From the NCBI GenBank assembly GCA_964016885.1, contig OZ024753.1:46996001-47060000 (forward strand): 64,000 nucleotides of DNA. The letters run 5' to 3'. Below the pieces are notes generated by a model, which saw nothing but the letters and a program-made list of their open reading frames with translations, was not told the origin of the DNA and did no database searches. Numbering within the stretch: position 1 is the first letter of the stretch; each line of letters opens with the position of its first letter. The position numbers were made by a program, and so were the translations under genes. This document shows, piece after piece, positions 37,590 through 51,297 of this stretch. The DNA is from Eledone cirrhosa (Eukaryota).

Positions 37590-38240
37590 GTGTGGATTAC
37601 AATACAAAACCTCTGAGAATGATTTCTAAGATATTTCACCATAATTAAATTTCATCAATATATATTAATATTATTATTGTTTATTAGGTCAGGTGGATTG
37701 GCCAGAACAATTCTACTCTTCTTTTTTAGATGTCACGATTTTTCATGGCATTCCTGAGATCATTAATCTCCAGCTGGAGATCCAGAGACATCTGATGTAT
37801 GTAGGTGAACCTCAGTCATCCCACTTGGCTCTTACTATGTTTAGGTATCCACCACAGGAGCCAGCTCATCAGGTCATCCTACCCTCAGCAGCAATGTCCA
37901 GCATCTATTGATTTCCGCTCCCTAGTTATTGTGGTAATCTTCGATATCTGGGAATATATTTCTTCTGCTTAAGGGAGTAATAAATATATAGTTTAAAAAA
38001 AAACATATATATACACACACATATATATATGTTGTCATTTATAAGAGTTCTCTATCAAAAGCCTTCTCTATGTCCAAAGCTAAGTATAGTGGCTTATTTT
38101 TCTCTAAGAACCTCTTTTGTAGTTGTCTCACTAAGAAGAGGGCATCTGTTGCACTTTTCAGCGGCACAAAACCAAACTGCATCTCATACACATACATACA
38201 TATACATACATACATACATACATATACACATACATACATA

Positions 38241-38595
38241 CATCATCATCATCATCATCATCATCATTTCGTTTTAAGTCCGCTTTTTCCCTGCTTGTAA
38301 GGGTGGGACGGGAACTGATTCTGGCTTGATTTCTAGAGCTGGATGCCCTTCCTAACACCAACCTCATTTACAGTGAGTGCTGAGTGCTTTTTTGCCGTGG
38401 CACCTCCACGACCACTTTGCAGTGGAATGATATGGACCCCAGTCCCTATCATCTCATTTCTACAGCTGAGTAAACTGGAGCAATGTGAAATAAAGTGTCT
38501 TGCTCAAGGAAACAACACATCACCCGGTCTGAGAATTGAACTCACAACTTTTCAATTGCCAGGCCAATGCTCGAACCACTAAGCCATGTGCCTCC
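38241..38595 (-). mobile_element. SINE copy
   Basis: Same sequence. Confidence 0.88.
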
Positions 38596-39104
38596 ATATA
38601 CATATACATATACATATACATACACATACATATACATACATATATATATACATACATACATATATACACATACATACATACACATACATACACATATACA
38701 TACATATACATACATAGATATATATATATACATAATATAAATATACATACATACACATACATAAGCATATACACATAAGTATATATACATATACACACGT
38801 GTATATACATATACATACATACATATATACACATACATACATATATACATACATACACACATATATACATATACACATACATACATATACATACATATAC
38901 ACATACATACATATATATATATACATACACACACATATATACATACACACACATATATACATACACACACATATATACAAACACATACATATACACATAT
39001 ATACACATACATACACATACATATACATACATATACACATATACACTCATATATACATATACATACATACACACACATACATACATATATACATATACAT
39101 ACAT

Positions 39105-39653
39105 AAAGACAAATCCACCTCATGGACGAGAATGCAAGGGCTCCTCCTCTTTGTTTCGGCCGCGGATGGCTAACCCTAACCCCATCCCCGCTCCCCACCG
39201 CTCCCAACCTCCAAACGCAATCCAAAACTTCAGAGTTGGTACCATTAATGTAGGCACCTTATAGGGTGGCTCTAACGAGGTTGTAGAAATGCTTGAACGT
39301 AAGGAGGTCGATGTTTGTTGTATTCAAGAGACCAGGTGGAGGGGTGGGTCTGCTAGATTCATCGTGGGTAAAGAACGATGCTATAAGCTTTTCTGTGTGG
39401 CAAATGACAATGGGCTGGGTATACACATACCACCCCACCATCCCACCGCAAAGTGGTCGTGGAGGCGCCGCGGCAAAAAAGCACCCAGCCCACACTGTAA
39501 AGCTGACGTGGAGGTGCCACGGAAAAAAAAAAGCACCCAGCACTCACTGCAAACGGGGTTGGCGTCAGGAAGGGCACCCAGCTGTGGAAACCAATCCAGA
39601 ATCAGCTCCCACCCCACCCTTGCAAGCATGGAAAAGCGGACGTATGATGAAGT

Positions 39654-39657
<4 letters not shown>
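39105..39657 (+). mobile_element. Bipartite RTE copy
   Basis: Same sequence. Confidence 0.85.
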
Positions 39658-39696
<39 letters not shown>

Positions 39697-40438
39697 TATA
39701 TATATACACATATATATATACACACATATATATCAGTGTACATATATATATACATATATATATATATATAAATGAATATTTATTCAATTTAAAGCGCCAA
39801 TTATCTATATATAACAAGATATGAATTTTTCTAGGGATGGGGGAAATTTTCAGTTTGTTTTTATATTTTCACTTCATTTTTTACTTTCTATTTAATACAG
39901 TCTTTGATCCAATATAATCCTGACAGTATTTGAACCAGTTTACCTCATATATATGTATGCACACACAACACTCAAGTTTCGCCATCTACTGCTATTTCAT
40001 TCATATTTATTGTTTAATTAACTCTGGTCTAATTCATCAACTATTGTTAATTATATTATTACGTAGATTTCTTATAAAATCTAGTGCATATATACGTGTA
40101 TATATACAGGGAGACACTGTAATAGATGTAAAGAGAGTGGGAGATAGAGTTATAGAAGTAAAGAGAGGGGGAGAAATAAGCGGTAGATAGAGTAATAGAT
40201 GTAAAGAGAGGGTTAGAACGTTCAACTTGACAGTCAGTACAATGTTCAGCATGGTAGCCAGTACATATGCCAACTACCCAACCGGCCAGCCAGCCGCATA
40301 TGCGGTTGACTGGCCAGTTGGGCGGTTGGTATGTGGAACGTTCAACTACGCAGTCAGTACCAAAGTTCAACATTGTAGCCAGTGCATATGCCGATCGCCG
40401 CGCCCTCTTTGCTCTATTTTAATGACCTGGAACTAAGT

Positions 40439-40551
40439 AAAAAGAGTAGGAGATAACTCGACAAGAGCGGAGAGGGTGAGATTCGAACCATGCAAAGTCG
40501 TTGGCTCCTGAAGTTCGTAAGCGGGGCTGCTACTGACTGAGCAGCGCCGGC
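40439..40551 (-). ncRNA. Pol III-type unit copy
   Basis: Same sequence. Confidence 0.5.
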
Positions 40552-41546
40552 AGCAAGGCAAATCGCGCATAAAATAACGCTTATATCGACAAAAAAAAAA
40601 AAAAAATTTCAATGTTGCACTCTTGTTTGTTGTTCTTTTATTTTACGTAAACATTTCGCTGCTCTAGCCTCTTATTTCCTATTAGATTACACTTAATTCC
40701 ATTAAACATTCATTCTTAGTCTCGTGGTAAACTATTTCATCTATATTTATATCGCTGTTACAGCCTTTTATTTCTACATCTATCACCTATAGCCACTGTT
40801 ACGCCGGTAGTATAAGTAGCTTTATAACAAGAAACGATGATATAACTCCACAAAATGTCTTCTTGAGCAAGACAGTTCACTTCATATTGCTCCAGTACAC
40901 CGAGTTACACATAGACAGATACATACATACATACACAGATAGAAATGAGAGGTAGATAGAGTAAAAGATTTAAAGAGAGTGTGAGAAGTACGAGTTAGAT
41001 AGTGTAAAAGATTTAAAGAGAGGGTGAGAGTGTGACACACATTTATCTGTCTATCTCTCTCTATTTTAACACCGGTCGTTATAATTAGTTTTATAACACC
41101 GCTATATTACCGACATGAAAGAGGTAAATAATTATTTCTTAAATGTTTAGAACATGTTTCTCTTGTCTTCTTAAATGTATAGAACATGTTTCTTATTTAT
41201 ATTCTTAACATAGCTAGGACCTTATCTCATTTACTGGTCTCTACTTTTAGGGCTTTGCTGGTCCCATGTGCCCTCCATGAAGACACACTCGCCCCTTCTC
41301 TCTCAGTCTCCGTACTAATTACTACACATACGTATATATATTTATTTTAAGAAACCTTAATGACAAATAATATAAAGTGTTTGTAAAGTGGGGAAGAGTA
41401 GTTTTACGGTGGGGTTGTTATATAGATATCGTTTTTGCAGTGGGGTCGTGACTGGCGTATAATAATGAGTCACTGTTGATGTATATACAAATCATGTTTT
41501 GGATATAAGTGAAGTTATTTAAGAGATTTAGTTGTTTTGTATACAT

Positions 41547-43517
41547 TCATAACGGTACGCGATGGGACCCACCCACAGCCCCGGCGGACAGAATGGAGAA
41601 GGCGTTTCCCCGGAGCACGGCAAGGGAGACGCGCTGGAAAAGCCACTCCAACTCGCGGGGCTCACACCTGCGGCTGGCCAGCTCAGCGCCTATGGTGGTG
41701 AGTAAGGAGGTAGCCCTGGGGCCGAGGACACCAGAAGTCTCCACTTCCAGGGGTACGACCGCAAACCTGTCGGAGAGTGAACGATATGTGAGGAGTTTGG
41801 CCCCCTCAGCCTGACGTGCAGCAGAACCTGGGCCAGTCGCAGACTGCACCAGGTTGCGGCTGCAGAAAGTGTCGGTGCAAGTGGCATCCCAGACGAGGGG
41901 TTTGCCACCGCGGAACGGGAAGATGGTCATGCCATCTAGCCTTTTGCCGTCCCCTCGAGCTGGGAAGGGAAGCCTGCAGCGTCCAAGCCATGCTTAATGA
42001 CTTCGTTGAGGGCAGCATGGCGTGGATTGCGGGTGGAGGCCGAAAGAGTCCATGGTGGAACGGCAGCGACATTGGTGTGAGGCCGAGCCTCAGGGAAACG
42101 CCGATGCGCAAGCTATTGTTGTCTAGCTGCGTGCGAGTGGAGAAGGAGGGCAGGGCATGGAGCCAGGCCCCACTGTGGGGTTTGGAGGCTGCACGAAAAC
42201 AAACAAGGCGGTGCTGGTCGAGCTGGCGCGTGAGCCTGTCTGAGGCCAGGCTGCACTGGATGGCATCCCAAGTGTGTTGGGGGGGACTTGACGTCAACAG
42301 GGGGAGAAGGAGGAGGAACGTCTACTGGGCTAAGTCCCAGCCGGTCCCACGTCTCACAGGCGGCCACGCGTTCTCTGAACACAGAGGGTTCTGTTGTGTT
42401 TTGAAGAACCCTGCTGAGGAGGACGTGGTACGAGGTTACTGACGAAAGATATGCCGGCAAAGCTAGTGAGATCGGGGACTGGAGGCGAAGGCCGCCATAC
42501 CTGACAGGTAAAGTTGCATATCTCATCGGCTGCTGCTCGGATACAAGTTTAGGTGTAGCACAGCGTGTATAGAGGAGCTTCGGCATGGCGTAGCAGTTCC
42601 TCAGCAGAAAGAGAACTGGGTGGGCATCAATCAAGCCCAGTCGGCTCGTGAGAGTCTGGACTTGATGGAGGAGCGGATGGCCGGCGGGTGGATCGGTGAG
42701 GGCATCCTCTTTGGGGGTCACCTGAACCTGGCGGAGAATGGACCGCACGTCCAAGACGGAGACTGCAAAGCTTGCAGCATCGAGGCTGACATTCACCACC
42801 TCCGACTTGGCTGAGTTGACCTGGAGGTCGATTCCCGCCAGGGCAGGAACCACCGATTGAAGGTCATGGCAGACCGCCTGTACGGGCCCACCCAAAGTAG
42901 CATCATCCAGATACCAAACGTTGAGAGGGGCTGTTATACTCCAGGCGATGTGGTCAATACCAAGGGTGAACAGGAGGGGTCCCAAAGGGTTGCCCTGTTG
43001 GATCCCAGTAGCCAAGGGTATGACCGTATCAGCAGCATGGCGCATGCTTGGGGCTCCATATGACAGGTAGGCAGAGGGGGCTCGGCTGAGGCAGGCCTCG
43101 AGCAGATGATCCCAGCGTAAAGAGTTGAAGGCATTCCTCATGTCAAACTTGACAATGAGGTGGCTGGAGGCCCTGGATGCCGGTTCCGAGTGTTACGGAC
43201 TTGCAGATTACCTTGGCAGCCAGCCTCCGGAAGACATTGCCCACAGCAATGGGGCGTATGCCATCCTCTTTCTTCCTGCGAGCGGTGAGGCTGGCCGAAA
43301 AAAAGAGGCCTCGAGCATAAGAGTCCAGGGCGCCATGGATGAGCCTATTGGTGAGCGCCACAATTGCACTCAGAAGGCCGCGCCCGGCCTCAGCGGAGAG
43401 GGGAGATATCAACTCCTTGAGGAGGCCTGGTCAGAGACCATCAACATCTCCGCAGCTGCTAGCTGGGAAGGACCTGATGGCGGACATGATGTCTGCATCA
43501 GAAGCCACAAGGAGCAA
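41547..43517 (-). mobile_element. CRE-clade relic copy with the longest RT frame (342 aa, 42113-43141)
   Basis: Same motifs; G5 instead of G6 keeps the RT frame open. Confidence 0.92.
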
Positions 43518-44456
43518 GTGTGGATTACAATACAAAACCTCTGAGAATGATTTCTAAGATATTTCACCATAATTAATTTTCATCAATATATATTAATATT
43601 ATTATTGTTTATTAGGTCAGGTGGATTGGCCAGAACAATTCTACTCTTCTTTTTTAGATGTCACGATTTTTCATGGCATTCCTGAGATCATTAATCTCCA
43701 GCTGGAGATCCAGAGACATCTGATGTATGTAGGTGAACCTCAGTCATCCCACTTGGCTCTTACTATGTTTAGGTATCCACCACAGGAGCCAGCTCATCAG
43801 GTCATCCTACCCTCAGCAGCAATGTCCAGCATCTATTGATTTCCGCTCCCTAGTTATTGTGGTAATCTTCGATATCTGGGAATATATTTCTTCTGCTTAA
43901 GGGAGTAATAAATATATAGTTTTAAAAAAAACATATATATACACACACATATATATATGTTGTCATTTATAAGAGTTCTCTATCAAAAGCCTTCTCTATG
44001 TCCAAAGCTAAGTATAGTGGCTTATTTTTCTCTAAGAACCTCTTTTGTAGTTGTCTCACTAAGAAGAGGGCATCTGTTGCACTTTTCAGCGGCTTAATTA
44101 ATTAATGAGGTTTAATTAATGAGGAATTTTGAGGTATTTATAACAATTATTAATTATTTCATTACTGAGATATCATTTGAAGGACTTACTAATGTTTTTA
44201 TTTATTAATTATTTTATTAGTAACTTAACATGTGGTTCTTGTATAAAATTATGTTGGAAGATTTTAGGAAGATGCTATGTAGCCGGTCGCGGTAAAATAG
44301 ACGCCCAGGCTATGTAGCCGGTAAGAGTGTCAGACTCCATGTGTTGCGGCCCTTTATGGTCTGAGTTAAGACAATTTAAAATCTTTTCCACCATCAATTG
44401 TTAAAAAACAAGTTAAAATCATTTTGTCGTCCATTTGTAACGTACGTTACACTTTA

Positions 44457-45228
44457 GTTACATACACATATACTATGTTACATACACACATCTACTGTGT
44501 TACATACACACACATCAACTGGGTTATATACACACACATCTACTGCGTTACATACACATCTACTGTGTTACACACACATCTACTGTGTTACATACACACA
44601 CATCTACTGAGTTACATACACACACATCTACTGTGTTACATACACACACATCTTCTGTGTTACATACACACATCTACTGTGTTACATACACACACCTGTG
44701 TTACATACACACACATCTACTGAGTTACATACACACAGATCTACTGTGTTACATACACACACATCTACTGTGTTACACACATCTTCTATGTTACATACAC
44801 ACAATCTACTGTGTTACATACACACATCTACTGAGTTACATACACACACATCTACTGAGTTACATACACACACATGTACTGTGTTACATACACACATCTA
44901 CTGTGTTACATACATACACATCTACTGTGTTACATACATACACATCTACTGTTACATACACACATCTACCGTGTTACACACACACATCTACCGTGTTACA
45001 CACACACATCTACCGTGTTACACACACACATCTACCGTGTTACACACACACATCTACTGAGTTACATACACATATACTGAGTTACATGCAAACACACATC
45101 TACTCTGTTACATATACACATCTACTGTGTTACATACACATCTACTGTGATACACACACACACATCTACTCATACATATTCATAAATAGACACACATTAT
45201 ACAAATAATTATTACATACACACACATC
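44457..45228 (+). repeat. Minisatellite copy
   Basis: Same motif. Confidence 0.95.
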
Positions 45229-45997
45229 TCTGTAATAATTCAGGAAGGAAGGGGCTGGTGAAACGCTATAGCAATGTGTGTGTGTTGTGTACCTTTCAGG
45301 TTTACCGGTTTCGTAGCCTATTTGAAGATTTTATTATAATTATGAACCTTATAATTCAATTAATTATGAATAATTTTGAGCTATTTATCACAATTGTTAG
45401 TTAATTACTAACATAGTAACTTACCATATGGTTGTTATATAGAATTTTGTTGGAAGACTTTAATTTAGATAGGAACCATTTCCATAGTACGAGAACTAAT
45501 TTTGGCTGGGTTTCTACCAAAAGGGTTAATGAAGAATTTTGAACAATTTACTAAAATTATTAATTATTTCATTACTAAGATAATGTGTGAATACACAATT
45601 ATATGTGTGTATATATATATAAACAGTATATATATATATAGTATATATATATATAAACAGTATATATATATATAGTATATATATATATAAACAGTATATA
45701 TATAGTATACAAAAGATGTAGTGGGATAGTGTGTAGTCTTAAGACAAGTCTGTCCAGATAGCTGCGCTGTAACTTACACTTATTGGGACTGTGTGTTGGC
45801 AAGCAGGCCTGTATTTTGGGATCTAGCTGGTCCATTATGAGGGAGGTCTGGTTAGTTGGCAGCACCATGCCTTACTTGTGGTATATGTATGTATAGAAAT
45901 AAGTTATTGTATATGCATAACTGTCCATCTATATGTATACATGTATGTTTACTTATATCTTTGCATACATATATACATTTTCAGATGTATACACGTA

Positions 45998-47918
45998 ATG
46001 GTCACCCGGATAGTAAACCAAGTCATACAGAATGGGGTTGTTCTGAAGGACTGGCGTAGCAGCATCATCATTAACTGTTACAAGGGTAAAGGAGATGCCC
46101 TAGATAGGAGTAACTATAGAGGCATTAAATTAATCGACCAGGTCATGAAGGTCACGGAAAAAGTAATAGCGCAACTAATCAGAGAGAGAATTGATCTAGA
46201 TGAAATGCAGTTCGGGTTTGTGTCAGGTAAAAGTACCACAGACGCTCTTTTCATTGTACGACAACTACAGGAGAAGTACCTAGTTAAAAGTAAACCCCTA
46301 TACTTAGCTTTTGTTGACTTGGAGAAAGCCTTCGACAGAGTCCCCCGTTCCATTATCTGGTGGGCTCTTAGAAAACTAGGTGTTGAGGAATGGCTTGTGA
46401 GAGCTATACGAGCCATGTATAAAGAAACAGTCAGCAAGGTTAGAATTAACAACGAATATAGTGAAGAGTTTAGCGTAAAAGTTGGTGTTCATCAGGGCTC
46501 CGTCCTTAGCCCCCTACTATTTATTATTGCCCTTCAGGCTATAACAGTGGAGTTCAAGACCGGCTGCCCATGGGAACTCCTATACGCAGATGATCTAACG
46601 CTCATAGCTGAATCAATGGCCGAGCTAGAGAAGAAATTCCAAACATGGAAGCAAGGCCTAGAATCAGAAGGCCTTAAAATTAACCTGGCTAAGACTAAAG
46701 TTCTAGTTTGTAGGAAAGAAAATAAGGCGCCGGTCCCTTCCGGGAAATGGCCATGCTCAGTGTGTAGGAAAGGCGTAGGTAGAAACTCCATTTTATGTCC
46801 CAAATGCAAAGTATGGGTTCATAAAAGATGTAGTGGGATCACAGGTAAGCTAACTAAGAACATAGATTTTACATGTGGCCGGTGCTCTGGTGCAATAAGT
46901 AGCAGCAAGTGCCCACAAAATACTAGCTCTTTCAATTGCGCAGAGGGTTCTATAGAAATAGTGGACAGCTTCCGTTACCTGGGTGACAAAATCAGCAGTG
47001 GGGGAGGGTGCTCTGAAAGTACAGTAGCTAGAGTCAGAACTGGATGGAAAAAGTTCAGAGAGCTTATACCACTATTAGCCGCTAAAGGGTTCTCCCTAAA
47101 AATGAAAGGCAGGTTGTATGATGCCTGCATATGAACAGCAATGTTGCATGGCAGTGAGACCTGGGCATTGTGTGCAGAGGATATACGCAGACTAGAGAGG
47201 AACGAAGCTTGCATGCTTCGCTGGATGTGTAATAGTAATATATGTGAACGGCAAAGCATAAACGAACTAAGGGAAAAATTAGAAATAAGAGGGATCTGAT
47301 GTTGTGTACTCGAGAGAAGACTACGTTGGTATGGTCCACGTGATGCGGATGAAAGACGACAGCTGTATAAAAAAAATGCAGGGCAATAAAGATAGACGGT
47401 AGCCACGGAGTAGGCAGACCCAGAAAAACCTGGGACGACTTGATAAATTCCGACCTCACACACTTACACCTCTCCAAGACAATGTCACTGGACCGAGATC
47501 TTTGGCGGTACTCAGTAATAGAGAAGACCCGCCTTACCTAGATACAAAGTAAAACCTACTACAGTCAGTAGGCACCTCTAACAAAATACACCCCCACCCC
47601 ATCCACACCGCCCCTTTCAATGTAAAGTTATGTTGGTGCCACAACATCCAGGCCGAAACAAATGAGGGCGTGTAGGTGTCACGACAAAAAAAAAAAAACA
47701 CAGTCCACGCAGTAATGTGGCCGTGTAGGTAACACGGTAAAAACCTCCCAGTCCCACACTGTAAATGCGGTTGGTGTTAGGAAGGGCATCCAGCTGTAGA
47801 AAACCCGCCAGACAGTCCTATGCGAGCAAGACAACCACTCTTGCCTCAAGTGGGAAAATTCCCGTCCAAACCCATGCAAGCGTGGAATATGGACGTTAAA
47901 CGATGATGATGATGATGA

Positions 47919-47922
<4 letters not shown>
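45998..47922 (+). mobile_element. RTE-clade LINE copy
   Basis: Identical 418-aa ORF at 45878-47134. Confidence 0.95.
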
Positions 47923-47955
<33 letters not shown>

Positions 47956-47958
<3 letters not shown>

Positions 47959-49080
47959 CTTTGACATTTCTTAGAAAAAAAATGAAAAAGTTTTGTGAGA
48001 ACCCCAATGTTTATTTATTTTATTTTATTTTTAAATAAAATTAATAACATTAATTTTATTTTGAAATTAGGTTTATAAATATTAATTATCAGCAGACCTT
48101 TGTAGCAGTCTTGGCGGCTTAGTGGGAAGTACCAGAGATGGTGAGGTCCTTGTCTGTAGGTTCAATCCTGGTCTGGGAGTTCAATCATTGCTGTAATGTG
48201 TCCTGTTAATCTTTTTTTAAATTTTCCTCAGAAAAAACTGAAAATCTTTGGTGAGAACCCCAATGTCTATTTATCTAATATAATTTAATTTATTTTATTT
48301 TAGTTTACTTTAGTTAAATTGTCAAAACCACTGGTGATCTAAAGTTAGAGGAGACAGATAAAATAGACATATTGTCTCCTCAACCTTTAGATCTTCAGTG
48401 TTTTCGACAATTTAACTAAAATAAAAAATTAAATTCAATATAATTAAATAAATAGGGGTTCTCTTTTTCAAAGAGATATAGAAAGAAAATTATAAAAGAT
48501 TAACATGACACCTTACATGTATCTCATGGACCAGGATTGAACCTGAGTCCCCAATTCAACCCTCAGACCAGGATTGAACACCCAGAACAGGATCTCACCA
48601 TCTCTGGTACTTCCCACTAAGCTACCGAGACTGATACAAAGATGTACTGAAATTTAATATTTATAAACCTACTTTCAAAATAAAATTAAAAATAAAATAT
48701 ATATATATATATATTCCTTTGACATTTCTTAGAAAAAAGAACTGAAAAAGTTTTGTGAGAACGCCAATGTCTATTTATTTTATTTTATTTTTAATTAAAT
48801 TAGTTATATTTTGAAAGTAGGTTTATAAATATTAATTTTCAATAGACCTTTGTAGCAGTCTTGGTGGCTTAGTGGGAAGTACCAGAGATGGTGAGATCCT
48901 TGTCTGTAAGTTCAATTCTTGCTTGGAGACATGTCTAATGTGTCCTATTAATCTTTTTTTAATTTTCCTTTTACATCTCTTAGAAATAACTGAAAATCTT
49001 TGGTGAGAACCCCAATGTCTATTTATCTAATATAATTAATTTAATTTAATTTAATTTAATTTTTATTTTAGTGAAACCAC
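47956..49080. repeat. Fold-back repeat copy (L3)
   Basis: Same sequence. Confidence 0.88.
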
Positions 49081-49523
49081 TGTTGTATTCAAGAGACCAG
49101 GTGGAGGGGTGGGTCTGCTAGATTCATCGTGGGTAAAGAACGGTGCTATGAACTTTTCTGGGTGGGAAATGACAATGGGCTGGGTATACACATACCACCC
49201 CACCACCCCACCGTAAAGTGGTCGTGGAGGCGCCACGGCAAAAAAGCACCCAGCCCGCTCTGTAAAGCTGACGTGGAGGTGCCACGGAAAAAAAAAAAGC
49301 ACCCAGCACTCACTGCAAACTGGGTTGGCGTCAGGAAGGGCACCCAGCTGTAGAAACCAATCCAGAATCAGCTCCCACCCCACCCTTGCAAGCATGGAAA
49401 AGCGGACGTATGATGAAGTTGATATATATATATATATATATTAGTATATATATACACATACATATGTACACATATACACATACATATATATATATATATA
49501 CACACACATATATATCAGTGTAC

Positions 49524-49558
<35 letters not shown>

Positions 49559-50203
49559 AATGAATATTTATTCAATTTAAAGCGCCAATTATCTATATAT
49601 AACAAGATATGAATTTTTCTAGGGATGGGGAAATTTTCAGTTTGTTTTTATATTTTCACTTCATTTTTTACTTTCTATTTAATACAGTCTTTGATCCAAT
49701 ATAATCCTGACAGTATTTGAACCAGTTTACCTCATATATATGTATGCACACACAACACTCAAGTTTCGCCATCTACTGCTATTTCATTCATATTTATTGT
49801 TTAATTAACTCTGGTCTAATTCATCAACTATTGTTAATTATATTATTACGTAGATTTCTTATAAAATCTAGTGCATATATACGTGTATATATACAGGGAG
49901 ACACTGTGTAATAGATGTAAAGAGAGTGGGAGATAGAGTTATAGAAGTAAAGAGAGGGAGAGAAATAAGCGGTAGATAGAGCAATAGATGTAAAGAGAGG
50001 GTTAGAACGTTCAACTTGACAGTCAGTACATATGCCAACTACCCAACCGGCCAGCCAGCCGTATTTGCGGTTGACTGGCCAGTTGGGCGGTTGGTATGTG
50101 GAACGTTCAACTATGCAGTCAGTACCAAAGTTCAACATTGTAGCCAGTGCATATGCCGATCGCCGCGACCTCTTTGCTCTATTTAAATGACCTGGAACTA
50201 AGT

Positions 50204-50316
50204 AAAAAGAGTAGGAGATAACTCGACAAGAGCGGAGAGGGTGAGATTCGAACCATGTAAAGTCGTTGGCTCCTGAAGTTCGTAAGCGGGGCTGCTACTG
50301 ACTGATCAACGCCGGC
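50204..50316 (-). ncRNA. Pol III-type unit copy
   Basis: Same sequence (L allele). Confidence 0.5.
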
Positions 50317-51297
50317 AGCAAGGCAAATCGCGCATAAAATAACGCTTATATTGAGAAAATAAAACAAAAATTTCAATGTTGCACTCTTGTTTGTTGTTCT
50401 TTTATTTTACGTAAATATTTCGCTGCTCTAGCCTCTTATTTCCTATTAGATTACACTTAATTCCATTAAACATTCATTCTTAGTCTCGTGGTAAACTATT
50501 TCATCTATATTTATATCGCTGTTACAGCCTTTTATTTCTACATCTATCACCTATAGCCACTGTTACGCCGGTAGTATAAGTAGCTTTATAACAAGAAACG
50601 ATGATATAACTCCACAAAATGTCTTCTTGAGCAAGACACTTCACCTCATATTGCTCCAGTACACCGAGTTACACATAGACAGATACATACATACACATAT
50701 ATATGTACACAGATAGAAATAAGAGGGAGATAGAGTAAAAGATGGAAAGATAGTGTAAAAGATTTAAAGAGAGGGTGAGAGTGTGACACACATTTATCTG
50801 TCTATCTCTCTCTATTTTAACACCGGTCGTTATAATTAGTTTTATAACACCGCTATATTACCGACATGAAAGAGGTAAATAATTATTTCTTAAATGTTTA
50901 GAACATGTTTCTCTTGTCTTCTTAAATGTATAGAACATGTTTCTTATTTATATTCTTAACATAGCTAGGACCTTATCTCATTTACTGGTCTCTACTTTTA
51001 GGGCTTTGCTGGTCCCATGTGCCCTCCATGAAGACACACTCGCCCCTTCTCTCTCAGTCTCCGTACTAATTACTACACATACGTATATATATTTATTTTA
51101 AGAAACCTTAATGACAAATAATATAAAGTGTTTGTAAAGTGGGGAAGAGTAGTTTTACGGTGGGGTTGTTATATAGATATCGTTTTTGCAGTGGGGTCGT
51201 GACTGGCGTATAATAATGAGTCACTGTTGATGTATATACAAATCATATTTTGGATATAAGTGAAGTTATTTAAGAGATTTAGTTGTTTTGTATACAT

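Larger units (their letters stand above)
31680..37590. repeat. Short unit S2a (5911 bp)
   Basis: Anchor spacing; Sa alleles. Confidence 0.93.
37591..43518. repeat. Short unit S2b (5928 bp)
   Basis: Anchor spacing; Sb alleles. Confidence 0.93.
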
